Of a stretch of 64,000 nt of DNA, positions 55,094 to 64,000 are shown one piece after another. Both the position numbers and the translations under genes were made by a program. Every line of letters starts with the position of its first letter. Position 1 is the first letter of the stretch. The DNA is taken from NCBI GenBank assembly GCA_965217125.1, contig OZ244244.1:719358-783357 (forward strand), read 5' to 3'. This stretch comes from Gammaproteobacteria bacterium. GTDB lineage: Bacteria; Pseudomonadota; Gammaproteobacteria; PS1; Pseudothioglobaceae. Below the pieces are notes generated by a model. It worked only from the letters and a program-made list of their open reading frames with translations, made no database searches and was not told where the DNA came from.

Positions 55094-55570
55094 ATATTCA
55101 GAAAAAGAGAGAGCTAAACTGTCATGACCCAACATTAAACAAAGATTTTTATGGAAAATAAACTAACTTTAAAAGATGAATTAACAGAATTTTTACTTTA
55201 CAACACTCCTAACGGTGAGGTGAGGGTAGAAATACTGTTGCATAATGAAACAATATGGCTGCCACAAAAACGCATCGCACAGCTTTTTAATGTTGCTACT
55301 AATACGGTAAATGAGCATTTAAAAAATATTTATCAATCACAAGAATTAAAGCAAGATTCAACTATTCGGAAATTCCGAATAGTTGGACAAGAAGGCGACA
55401 GAGAAGTAGTTAGATTAACTAAATTTTACAATTTAGATGCGATTTTATCAGTTGGCTATCGGGTAAATTCGCAGCAAGCAACTCAATTTAGAATTTGGGC
55501 GACTAAAACTTTAAAAGAATACATTATTAAAGGTTTTGCGATGGATGATGAGCGTCTTAAAAATGGGCGT
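55094..55570 (+). repeat. ~465-nt direct repeat, right copy (start of the intact rhuM)
   Basis: See 46912-47376. The upstream parts share atattcagaaaa(a)gag...gtcatgacccaa...tttttatggaaaataaac. Confidence 0.9.
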
Positions 55571-56170
55571 TATTTTGGCAAGGATTATTTTAAAGAACTT
55601 TTAGAACGGGTTCGTTCAATTAGGGCAAGCGAGAGGCAAATTTACCAGCAAATTACTGATATTTTTGCTGAATGTTGTATTGATTATGACAACAAATCAG
55701 CAATAACTAAAAACTTTTATGCTAGCGTGCAAAATAAATTCCACTATGCAATAGCAAGGCAAACCGCAGCAGAGATTATTAGTAGCCATAGCGATAAAAG
55801 CCTACTCAATGCAGGCTTGCAAACTTGGAAAAATGCCCCTGATGGCAGAATATTAAAATCTGATGTAGTGATAGCAAAAAACTATTTAAAAGAGGATGAA
55901 ATTAAAAAATTAGAGCGCACTATCGCCAGTTATTTTGACTATATTGAAAATCAAATTGAGCAAAGAAAAGAATTAACTATGCAAGCTTTAAGTCAGTCTG
56001 TGGATAAATTCCTTACTTTTAATGATTTTAAGATACTCGATGGACTTGGTTCTATCTCACACCAAAAAGCTAAAGAAAAAGCCTATTTGGAATATGAGGC
56101 GTTTAACAAAACGCAAAAAATTAACTCTGATTTTGACAAACATATCAGAACAAAAGGCGGGCTTGAGTGA
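55151..56170 (+). CDS. rhuM: RhuM-family protein (full length, 339 aa)
   Basis: VRVEILLHNETIWLPQKRIAQLF....NTVNEHLKNIY...YNLDAILSVGYRVNSQQATQFRIWATKTLKEYIIKGF..DDERLKNG, the typical RhuM pattern. Confidence 0.8.
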   Translation: MENKLTLKDELTEFLLYNTPNGEVRVEILLHNETIWLPQKRIAQLFNVATNTVNEHLKNIYQSQELKQDSTIRKFRIVGQEGDREVVRLTKFYNLDAILSVGYRVNSQQATQFRIWATKTLKEYIIKGFAMDDERLKNGRYFGKDYFKELLERVRSIRASERQIYQQITDIFAECCIDYDNKSAITKNFYASVQNKFHYAIARQTAAEIISSHSDKSLLNAGLQTWKNAPDGRILKSDVVIAKNYLKEDEIKKLERTIASYFDYIENQIEQRKELTMQALSQSVDKFLTFNDFKILDGLGSISHQKAKEKAYLEYEAFNKTQKINSDFDKHIRTKGGLE

Positions 56171-56229
56171 TGGTGGTTTGGGTGTTGTTTATGCTAAAAT
56201 GCAGATTTTGCCGAATTGTTTAGTTAAAT

Positions 56230-57294
56230 ATGAGTGTTTGCCCTGCTGTTAAAAAAATAAGTCCATATCAAGGCGGCAAGCCGATTAGTGAATTGCAACG
56301 AGAGTTGGGGCTTGATGAGGTGATTAAGCTTGCTAGTAATGAAAATCCACTGCCGATTAGTGATAAGGTTTCTCGGGCTATTATACGAGCGATGAGCGAG
56401 ATAAATCGTTATCCTGATGGCAATGGTTTTGAGTTGAAGCGAGCAATTAGTGAGCATTTTCAACTAAATGCTGAGCAGATTACTTTGGGCAATGGCTCAA
56501 ATGATTTGTTGGAATTAATTGCGCGTTTGTTTGTTTGTAGGGCTGGCGATGAGGTGATTTTTTCACAATATGCTTTTGTGGTTTATCCCTTAGTAACACA
56601 GGCCTTAGGGGCAAAGGCGGTGGTAACGCCGGCGCATAATTTTGCACATGATTTGCAGGCGATGTTAAGTGCAATTAGTGGCAAAACCAAGCTGATTTTT
56701 ATTGCTAATCCAAATAATCCAACTGGCACAGTGCTGAGTGATGAGGCGCTTTATGCTTTTTTGTCAAAAGTGCCAAAATCGGTGATTGTGGTGTTAGACC
56801 AAGCTTATTTTGAGTATTTACAGGTGGCTGATAATGCGCTTGCTTGGTTAAAAGAATTTGATAATTTGGTGATTACTCGAACTTTTTCTAAGGCTTATGG
56901 TTTGGCTGGATTGAGGGTGGGTTATGCAATTTCTAATGCGCAAATTGGCGATTATTTGAATCGTATTCGCCAGCCCTTTAATGTTAATCATATTGCTCAA
57001 ACGGCGGCAATAGCGGCCTTAGCGGATGTGAATTTTTTACAAACTGCTGTTAGGGCTAATAAAAGTGGCTTATTGCAGCTTTCACAAGGTTTTGAAAAAT
57101 TAGGTTTATCGTATATTCCATCAAGTGCAAATTTTGTGGCAGTTAAGGTGGATAATGCGACTGAGATATATCAAAAATTATTAGCCAAAGGTTTTATTGT
57201 GCGCCCAGTTGAAATGCCGCATTATTTACGCGTATCTGTGGGGACAATCAAACAGAATCAGCGCTTTATTAAGGCCTTAAAATTAGTGCTATGA
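56230..57294 (+). CDS. hisC: Histidinol-phosphate / aromatic aminotransferase
   Basis: LASNENPLP, IANPNNPTG, the FSKAYGLAGLRVGY PLP-lysine motif. Part of the pheA-hisC-tyrA-aroA cluster. Confidence 0.9.
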   Translation: MSVCPAVKKISPYQGGKPISELQRELGLDEVIKLASNENPLPISDKVSRAIIRAMSEINRYPDGNGFELKRAISEHFQLNAEQITLGNGSNDLLELIARLFVCRAGDEVIFSQYAFVVYPLVTQALGAKAVVTPAHNFAHDLQAMLSAISGKTKLIFIANPNNPTGTVLSDEALYAFLSKVPKSVIVVLDQAYFEYLQVADNALAWLKEFDNLVITRTFSKAYGLAGLRVGYAISNAQIGDYLNRIRQPFNVNHIAQTAAIAALADVNFLQTAVRANKSGLLQLSQGFEKLGLSYIPSSANFVAVKVDNATEIYQKLLAKGFIVRPVEMPHYLRVSVGTIKQNQRFIKALKLVL

Positions 57295-58145
57295 TAAATA
57301 AAATTTGCATTATTGGTGTTGGGTTGATTGGCGGCTCGTTTGCTGCTGGGCTTAAACAAGCCAATCAGGTTAAAACCATTGTCGGGTTTGGCAGAAACCA
57401 AGCCAACTTGTCTAAGGCTAAATCATTAGGGCTGATTGATGAATACAGTTTGGATATTGCTACTGCATTAAAAAATACAAATTTGATACTGATTGCCACG
57501 CCGGTAGATAGTTTTGGCGATATTTTAGCGTTAATTAAACCACATATTGACGATACAGTCATCATTTCAGATGTTGGTAGCACTAAAGGCAGTGTGGTGG
57601 CAGTTGCTAAAGCAATATTTACTGAAATGCCGGCAAAATTTATTCCCGCACATCCAATTGCCGGTAAGGAAAAAAGTGGGGTAGGGGCAAGTGATGCGGG
57701 CTTGTTTAATAACAAACGGGTGATTTTAACGCCGCAGCCTAATGCACACGGTGAGGCGCTTACAACAATAACAAAATTATGGCAAAGTTTAGGAGCACAA
57801 GTAGAGATTATGACACATCAAAAACATGACGATTTATTAGCAATGACTTCACATTTGCCGCATATACTGGCTTTTGGATTGATGGATTATTTAATCGCTA
57901 ATAATCCTGATGCTTGCGATTATGCGGCAGGCGGCTTTAAAGATTTTTCGCGTATTGCCTCCTCAGATTCGCTGATGTGGCGCGATATTTGCTTGAACAA
58001 CTCTGGCGAGATTGTTAAACATATTAAAGGCTACCAGCAAACTTTAGATAAGTTATCTGCCTTGATTGAAGCTCATCAGGCAGAACAATTAGAGCGCTTA
58101 TTCGCACAGGCAAAATCTGCACGAGAAAACTGGATTAAAGACTAA
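57291..58145 (+). CDS. tyrA: Prephenate dehydrogenase
   Basis: ICIIGVGLIGGSFA Rossmann loop, HPIAGKEKSG, SHLPH. 4-nt overlap with hisC. Confidence 0.85.
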   Translation: MINKICIIGVGLIGGSFAAGLKQANQVKTIVGFGRNQANLSKAKSLGLIDEYSLDIATALKNTNLILIATPVDSFGDILALIKPHIDDTVIISDVGSTKGSVVAVAKAIFTEMPAKFIPAHPIAGKEKSGVGASDAGLFNNKRVILTPQPNAHGEALTTITKLWQSLGAQVEIMTHQKHDDLLAMTSHLPHILAFGLMDYLIANNPDACDYAAGGFKDFSRIASSDSLMWRDICLNNSGEIVKHIKGYQQTLDKLSALIEAHQAEQLERLFAQAKSARENWIKD

Positions 58146-58148
58146 ATT

Positions 58149-59453
58149 ATGAGCAAATTTATTGCCAAATCGATACAGGTATTATCAGGTAATTTAAAAG
58201 TACCAGGCGATAAATCCATTTCACATCGCGCTATTATGCTGGCTTCGCTGGCAGATGGAATCACAAAAATTAGCGGTTTTTTACAAGGGGAAGATGCGCT
58301 TGCTACCTTAAAAGCCTTCCAAGCAATGGGTGTGAAAATTGAGCGTGATAATGATAATGTAGTAATTTACGGTGTTGGCATAAGTGGTCTTAAAAAGCCG
58401 CCAAAGCCGCTTAATTTAGGCAATTCAGGCACTGCTATTCGCCTGATGTCAGGGCTGCTTGCAGCACAGTTATTTGATTGTGAGCTCAGCGGCGATGAAT
58501 CACTATCTGTGCGTCCAATGAATAGGGTGATTAAGCCTTTGCGTGAGATGGGTGCAAACATTCAGAGTAATAACGGCAAACCGCCGCTAAAAATCACTGG
58601 CGGACAAACACTCAAGGGCATTTATTATGATTTACCAGTGGCATCAGCGCAGGTGAAATCTTGCGTATTATTGGCGGCACTATATGCCGACGGCGAGACT
58701 TGTGTGCGCCAGCCAGCACCAACACGCGACCATACAGAGCGAATGTTAAAAAGTTTTGGCTATCAGTTGAATATTAAGGACAATCAAATCTGCCTTAGCG
58801 GCGGCGGCAGATTGAGGGCAACTGATATTCAAGTGCCTAGCGATATATCTTCAGCTGCCTTTTTTATGGTAGCAGCGGTAATTGCACCACAGGCAGATAT
58901 TATTTTGGAAGGTGTGAATATCAACCCGACACGCACTGGCGTGATTGATATTTTGAAATTAATGGGCGGCAATCTTAACTTGTTAAATGAGCGCGAAATT
59001 GGCGGCGAATTGTTGGCTGATATTCGCGTTCAGTCTTCACAACTTAAAGGCATTGATATTCCACAGGCTTTGGTGGCATTGGCGATTGATGAATTTCCTG
59101 CGATTTTTATTGCAGCTGCTTGTGCGCAAGGGGAAACCATTTTGAGCGGCGCTAAAGAGCTTAGAGTAAAAGAATCAGACCGCATTCAGGCGATGGCAGA
59201 TGGTTTGAATATTTTAGCTATTAAAAATGAAGTGCTTGCAGACGGTATTAAAATTGAGGGCGGTGAATTTCAAAAACCAACAAAAGTAATTAAATCGCAT
59301 CATGATCATAGAATTTCAATGTCATTTGCTATTGCCTCGCTGAGGTGTAAGCATACGATTGAGATTGACGGCGTGGATAATGTTGCTACTTCGTTTCCAA
59401 ATTTTGTTGAATTAGCAAATTCTATTGGGATGAATATTTCTGCAATAAACTAA
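58149..59453 (+). CDS. aroA: 3-phosphoshikimate 1-carboxyvinyltransferase (EPSP synthase)
   Basis: PGDKSISHRAIMLASLA, LGNSGTAIRL, KESDRI, 434 aa. Confidence 0.95.
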   Translation: MSKFIAKSIQVLSGNLKVPGDKSISHRAIMLASLADGITKISGFLQGEDALATLKAFQAMGVKIERDNDNVVIYGVGISGLKKPPKPLNLGNSGTAIRLMSGLLAAQLFDCELSGDESLSVRPMNRVIKPLREMGANIQSNNGKPPLKITGGQTLKGIYYDLPVASAQVKSCVLLAALYADGETCVRQPAPTRDHTERMLKSFGYQLNIKDNQICLSGGGRLRATDIQVPSDISSAAFFMVAAVIAPQADIILEGVNINPTRTGVIDILKLMGGNLNLLNEREIGGELLADIRVQSSQLKGIDIPQALVALAIDEFPAIFIAAACAQGETILSGAKELRVKESDRIQAMADGLNILAIKNEVLADGIKIEGGEFQKPTKVIKSHHDHRISMSFAIASLRCKHTIEIDGVDNVATSFPNFVELANSIGMNISAIN

Positions 59454-59583
59454 TAGTAGATTGCGAGCAACAAAAAAGCACTGATTAGCCTTTTTTAATC
59501 TTAACAGCCGCCTTTGTATTTTCTCTAAATGTTAAAAGTAATTATTATATAATGACTTTTTTATTCTTACACTATTTTTTATT

Positions 59584-60528
59584 ATGACTATTGAAAATGC
59601 AGCAGGTTTTTTAGCATGGGATGTTTCTGCTTTTTTAGGCTTGTTTTTATCGCTTGCATTTATTATTGTTGTTATTGATAAATTACTTTTTGCTAAGGCG
59701 GGAAAGTCGGTTGAAAATGTAGAAAACATATTTATCGAAAAAAAACAAAAATCATTCTTCGCAAAATGGTTGTATTTTATTTGTTTTTTAAAATTTGATA
59801 AATCAGAAAAATATCAAAATCGCCCTAAAATAGTGCAGTGGTCGGCTGATTTTTTCCCGGTGCTTTTACTGGTATTTTTAATCAGAGGCTTTGTGGCTGA
59901 GCCGTTTAGAATCCCTTCTAATTCAATGATGCCAACCTTTTTGACTTATGATTTTTTGTTGGTTGATAAGTTTTCTTATGGCATTCACTTGCCGATTACT
60001 AATACAGAATTATTAGATTTTGGCGACCCAGAAAGAGGTGATGTGGTAGTATTTAGATACCCTAATTATGAGAAAAAATTGGATTACAAGGGCGCTGATT
60101 TTATTAAACGCGTAATTGGCTTGCCGGGCGACAAGATTGAATATATTAATGACCAACTTATTGTGAATGAGCAGCTAATTAAGTATGAAGAAATTGGCAC
60201 TTATACAGGCATTGAAAAGGGTATTGAAATGAGCGGCTATAGGCATTATCGAGAATTATTAAAAACTAATCCACATAATATTTTGCTGCATCCTAATAGA
60301 AATTCAGCTAGTGTTGAATTGCTGGTGCCTCAGGGGCATTATTTTGTGATGGGTGACAATCGTATCAATAGTAGTGATAGCCGATTTTGGGGCTTTGTGC
60401 CGCAGCAATATATTGTTGGCAAAGCCTTTTATATTTGGGCGCATGGCGATATTGGCGGGGTGTTTTCTACTGACATTATAAAGGCGTTGAAAACTTTTAC
60501 ATTTAGCAGAAATGGTCTGATTGACTAA
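59584..60528 (+). CDS. lepB: Signal peptidase I
   Basis: IPSNSMMPTF (catalytic Ser), FIKRVIGLPGD (Lys box), GDNRINSSDSRFWGFVP. Confidence 0.85.
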   Translation: MTIENAAGFLAWDVSAFLGLFLSLAFIIVVIDKLLFAKAGKSVENVENIFIEKKQKSFFAKWLYFICFLKFDKSEKYQNRPKIVQWSADFFPVLLLVFLIRGFVAEPFRIPSNSMMPTFLTYDFLLVDKFSYGIHLPITNTELLDFGDPERGDVVVFRYPNYEKKLDYKGADFIKRVIGLPGDKIEYINDQLIVNEQLIKYEEIGTYTGIEKGIEMSGYRHYRELLKTNPHNILLHPNRNSASVELLVPQGHYFVMGDNRINSSDSRFWGFVPQQYIVGKAFYIWAHGDIGGVFSTDIIKALKTFTFSRNGLID

Positions 60529-61382
60529 GAAAAGATATGCTTTAAAATGTTTTCCAACTCGTTTTTTGAGCCGTAATGTAGAACAATTTTTCCCTTATCG
60601 CCATTTGCTTTAATCTCAGCCTTAGACTCTAATTTTTGATTTAGAGTTTTCATCAATGCATCAATGTGTGGGTCTGTCATTGGCTGGATTTTTTTAGGTT
60701 TTGGGTTGAGTATATTTTTCACTAAATTCTCAGTTTGACGAACTGACAGCGCTTTTTTAATGACTTGAGTAGCGCTATCAAATTGCTGCTCTGTTTTAAG
60801 CGATAATAATGCACGCGCATGACCCATTTCTAACTTGCCATCGCTGAGTAATTGTTTAACAGAATTGTTGAGTTGTAACAGGCGAATAAGGTTGCTTACT
60901 GCCGAGCGAGAACGCCCAACTACATTGGAAATTTCTTCATGTGTCATTTTAAAATCGCTAATTAGTTGTTGTAGCGCTTTTGCTTCTTCAAGTGGAGTGA
61001 GTGATTCGCGTTGGATGTTTTCAATTAGACCAATTGCTAAGGCGACTTGATCATCAATTTCACGAATGATGACCGGCACTTCCTTTAGCCCAGCAATTTT
61101 AGATGCACGCCAGCGGCGTTCTCCAGCGATTATTTCATATTTTTTATAGCTAACTTTACGCACCACCAAAGGTTGGATAACCCCCTGTGAGGTGATGGAA
61201 TCGGCCAGCTCGTTAAGCATATCATGGTCAATATCATCTCTGGGTTGGAATTTACCGCGTTGCAGTGCATTGACATTTAACATTGTTAGCTTGTTGTTAT
61301 TAGCGTTGCTTTGCTCGCTTGTAGTAGGTACTTGACCTAATAATACATCTAATCCACGCCCTAATTTTAAAGCTTTTGTCAT
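60525..61382 (-). CDS. parB: Chromosome partitioning protein ParB
   Basis: IIAGERRWRASKIAG, an HTH region, 285 aa, downstream of parA. Confidence 0.9.
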   Translation of the reverse strand: MTKALKLGRGLDVLLGQVPTTSEQSNANNNKLTMLNVNALQRGKFQPRDDIDHDMLNELADSITSQGVIQPLVVRKVSYKKYEIIAGERRWRASKIAGLKEVPVIIREIDDQVALAIGLIENIQRESLTPLEEAKALQQLISDFKMTHEEISNVVGRSRSAVSNLIRLLQLNNSVKQLLSDGKLEMGHARALLSLKTEQQFDSATQVIKKALSVRQTENLVKNILNPKPKKIQPMTDPHIDALMKTLNQKLESKAEIKANGDKGKIVLHYGSKNELENILKHIFS

Positions 61383-61404
61383 TGTTTTAGAATTCTCCCA
61401 TTTT

Positions 61405-62178
61405 TTATTGTGTTTTTCTTAGCACTTCGCTGGCTAAGGATATATACGAAATTGCACCCTTAGATGATTTAGCATAGTTAATTACCGCCTGACCAAAACT
61501 GGGCGCTTCTGCTAATTTTACATTTCTAGGAATGATGGTTTTAAAAACTTTGTGAGAAAAATGTTGCAGTAGTTGAATTGAGACCTCGTTGGATAAATTA
61601 TTACGCGCATCAAACATGGTGCGAATCAGTCCAGTGATTTCTAAGTTAGAATTAGTGGTAGTTTGAATTTTTTTAATGGTTTGCATCAATGAACTCAAGC
61701 CTTCTAAGGCATAATATTCGCATTGCATAGGGATAATAACACCGTTTGCTGCAGTAAAAGCATTAATGGTGAGCATATTTAACGAAGGCGGACAATCGAT
61801 AATAATGTAGTCGTATTGATTTTCAACTTTGGCAATAGCTTGTTTAAGTTTGTATTCAGCATTATTACTATTTAGTAGCTCGATTTCAGCAACAATCAAG
61901 TCTGTATTAGCTGGTAATATATCAATCTCAACAGCAGGCGCATACACAATTGCCTCAGTAATACTGCATTCATCTAATAGTAGCTCGCATATTGAGTTTT
62001 CTAAATTGTATTTGTCAATGCCACAGCCCATAGTAGCATTGCCTTGCGGGTCAATATCAACTAATAATACCCGTTTTTTGATAATCTTTAAGGCGGCACC
62101 TAAATTAACTGCGGTAGTGGTTTTACCGACTCCACCTTTTTGATTTGCAACTGCAAGGATAACTGCCATATTATTCAT
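61405..62178 (-). CDS. parA: Chromosome partitioning ATPase ParA/Soj
   Basis: Deviant Walker A NQKGGVGKTTTAVNL, DCPPS. The start could be either ATG at 62178 or 62169. Confidence 0.9.
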   Translation of the reverse strand: MNNMAVILAVANQKGGVGKTTTAVNLGAALKIIKKRVLLVDIDPQGNATMGCGIDKYNLENSICELLLDECSITEAIVYAPAVEIDILPANTDLIVAEIELLNSNNAEYKLKQAIAKVENQYDYIIIDCPPSLNMLTINAFTAANGVIIPMQCEYYALEGLSSLMQTIKKIQTTTNSNLEITGLIRTMFDARNNLSNEVSIQLLQHFSHKVFKTIIPRNVKLAEAPSFGQAVINYAKSSKGAISYISLASEVLRKTQ

Positions 62179-62192
62179 ATTTATGTAAGGCT

Positions 62193-63521
62193 CTATTTAT
62201 CATCAAGCACACTCAATGCTTTAAGTAAATTGCTGGCCTCGTGTACAAAATAATCTTTTTTGAGTTTTTCAATGGTTTGTTTATCCTGCTCAAGGTCTTT
62301 ATCCTTTTGTGCTGTTAAAATTTCTTCAGCAGATAACTTAGATGGATCTTCAACTTCTAAATGACCTTTCAAGTCGCTTTCTTTGGCATCAACTAAATTT
62401 TCTTCTGCTTCATTTTCAAGGCTGATGTTTTTTAAAACAATATCCGGCTCAATGCCTTTGGCCTGAATAGAACGCCCTGATGGCGTGTAATAGCGTGCTG
62501 TGGTTACTTTTATGCCATACCCTTCTGCTGATTGAATAACGCTCTGAACCGAGCCTTTACCAAACGAAGTGCCGCCCATGACAATAGCGCGTTTATGGTC
62601 TTGCAATGCACCGGCGACAATTTCTGAGGCTGAAGCAGAGCCTTCGTTGATTAAAACAACTATCCGTGCGCCCAACATAATATCCCCATACTTGGTTCTA
62701 AATTTAACATTTGAGCTTGGAATACGCCCTTCGGTATAAACCACTAAGCCTGGTTTATTAATAAATAAGTTTGACACATCTACAGCGCTATTCAAAACCC
62801 CGCCTGGATTGTTTCTTAAATCAAGAATCAGTGATTTTAGGTATTGTCCATTTTCTGTGACTAATTGCTCAAGTGTTTCTTTTAATAGATCTGCAGTTGG
62901 GCTTTGAAAACTAGAAATACGAATATAACCCATATTTTCTTCTAATAAATGCCCTTTAACGGAAGTAATAGTGATAATTTGACGAGTGATATTGACTACA
63001 AATGGTTTTTTGTTTTTACGCACAATAGTAAGTTCAATACTGCTATCTGGCTCGCCACGCATCAGCCCAACCCCATCTTCTAATGTCATACCACGAACTG
63101 GTTTGTCATCAATTTTAATAATCAAATCACCCGCTTGAATACCAGCCCTATAGGCGGGCGTATCATCAATTGGAGAAATTACTTGAATTAGACTATCTTT
63201 CATACTAACCACAATGCCTAATCCAGCAAATTTACCAGAAGCGGTTTCAAGTAGGCTTTTCTGTTCTTTGGGTTTAAGATAGTCTGAATGTGGGTCAAGC
63301 CCATTTAACATACCCTTAATTGCATGTTCAAATAATTCTTTGTTAGTGGTTTCGTCAACATAGATTTGTTTAATGTTGTTAAAAACTTCGCTAAAAGATT
63401 CTAATTGAGACCAAAATTCTTGATTTTCAGCCTCAGTTTCTGCATAAGCAGATGAAAAAACTAAGCAGCTGTAAAAAAGCATTAAAAGAGATAGATGTTT
63501 AAAAAAGTTAAAGAAAATCAT
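62193..63521 (-). CDS. ctpA: S41-family carboxy-terminal processing protease
   Basis: PDZ domain (GIQAGDLIIKIDDKPV), catalytic region NEGSASASEI...GGTSFGKGSVQ. The start at 63521 (MIFFNFFKHLSLLMLF... signal peptide) is preferred over the ORF start at 63572. Confidence 0.85.
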   Translation of the reverse strand: MIFFNFFKHLSLLMLFYSCLVFSSAYAETEAENQEFWSQLESFSEVFNNIKQIYVDETTNKELFEHAIKGMLNGLDPHSDYLKPKEQKSLLETASGKFAGLGIVVSMKDSLIQVISPIDDTPAYRAGIQAGDLIIKIDDKPVRGMTLEDGVGLMRGEPDSSIELTIVRKNKKPFVVNITRQIITITSVKGHLLEENMGYIRISSFQSPTADLLKETLEQLVTENGQYLKSLILDLRNNPGGVLNSAVDVSNLFINKPGLVVYTEGRIPSSNVKFRTKYGDIMLGARIVVLINEGSASASEIVAGALQDHKRAIVMGGTSFGKGSVQSVIQSAEGYGIKVTTARYYTPSGRSIQAKGIEPDIVLKNISLENEAEENLVDAKESDLKGHLEVEDPSKLSAEEILTAQKDKDLEQDKQTIEKLKKDYFVHEASNLLKALSVLDDK

Positions 63522-63621
63522 AATATAATTGTTTAGTTGTGAAAAGATTAAATATAATACTGTGAAACGCATAAAGATTTATAAATTTTACTTGTTTTTG
63601 TTTTTGTATAGACGGAGAAAA

Positions 63622-64000
63622 AATGAAAAGATTCAATCTAATTTTGTTAACACTAAGTTTGTTAGCCTCATCAGCTGCAATATCAGCTGCATTAAAATCA
63701 GATAAAACACAGACAGAGCAAGCAAAACAGACAATAAAAACAACAAAGCAAGGCTATGTTGAGGTTATTCAATCTGCTATTATTAAACTTAATCAACTAA
63801 CCGTGAGCAACGCTTATTCCCCGCAAATGGCTAGCGTTTTGGTGAATGAGGAAATCAGCCCTTTATTTGATTTTAACTATATTGCTAATGAAGTGCTATC
63901 GGTGATTAATGCAAATTTAACTAAGGGCGAGATCCAATTCTTTGCAGATAAGTTAAAGAAAAACATCGTTGCAATACTATTAGCAAAACTATCGCAGGCA
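63622..64000 (+). CDS. MlaC/Ttg2D-like periplasmic lipid-binding protein, N-terminal part (runs off the window)
   Basis: Absent from the ORF track because it is open-ended. ATG 63622, signal peptide MKRFNLILLTLSLLASSAAISAA, then ...ISPLFDFNYIANEVLSV, resembling the MlaC P..DF..(M/I)...VLG region. Confidence 0.5.

Noticed and set aside
36839-56229. Interpreting the pheA-hisC island as a prophage, ICE or transposon
   Set aside because: None of the ORF translations shows an integrase, recombinase, transposase, conjugation or phage structural gene. No terminal inverted or direct repeats were found at the island borders.

Overview
This is a visibly AT-rich, tightly packed bacterial chromosome segment. 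The housekeeping backbone is pheT-ihfA, msrA-moeB-tRNA-Pro, glyA-nrdR-radA, serC-serA-pheA ... hisC-tyrA-aroA, lepB, parAB, ctpA and mlaC-like. This synteny looks gammaproteobacterial, possibly marine or host-associated; the taxon is inference only. Three accessory blocks interrupt the backbone. (1) From tRNA-Pro(GGG) to glyA (about 4.9-25.6 kb) lie small accessory genes, a spondin-N lipoprotein, and a 16-kb tandem array of four giant secreted paralogues (976-1514 aa). The paralogues share a repeated promoter/leader unit, a signal peptide and a double dockerin/EF-hand-like N-terminus, but have mosaic, module-shuffled bodies that I cannot assign to any named family. This is my top candidate for something undescribed. 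The array ends in a recombination scar: a NERD gene fragment, a free-standing GIY-YIG gene, an intact NERD gene, an orphan hicB, and a degenerate duplicate of the glyA 5' end. (2) A cobalamin-riboswitch-controlled B12 uptake/salvage operon (TonB-dependent receptor, putative BtuM-like membrane protein, cobO) has a translationally coupled MNT-HEPN fusion gene embedded in it. (3) A 19.4-kb defence island without mobility genes sits between pheA and hisC. It holds a Ppl-like PHP-ABC ATPase overlapping a Schlafen/AlbA_2 ATP-binding gene, a Type III R-M whose mod and res are separated by a DUF4145 gene plus dinD/rhuM fragments, and a DISARM-like drmE/drmA/drmB triad. The triad has no methyltransferase and no PLD gene, and it is bracketed by about 465-bp near-identical direct repeats of the rhuM 5' end. 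I saw no rRNA, CRISPR array, integrase or transposase. All functional calls rest on motifs read by eye from the supplied translations; no database search was run.
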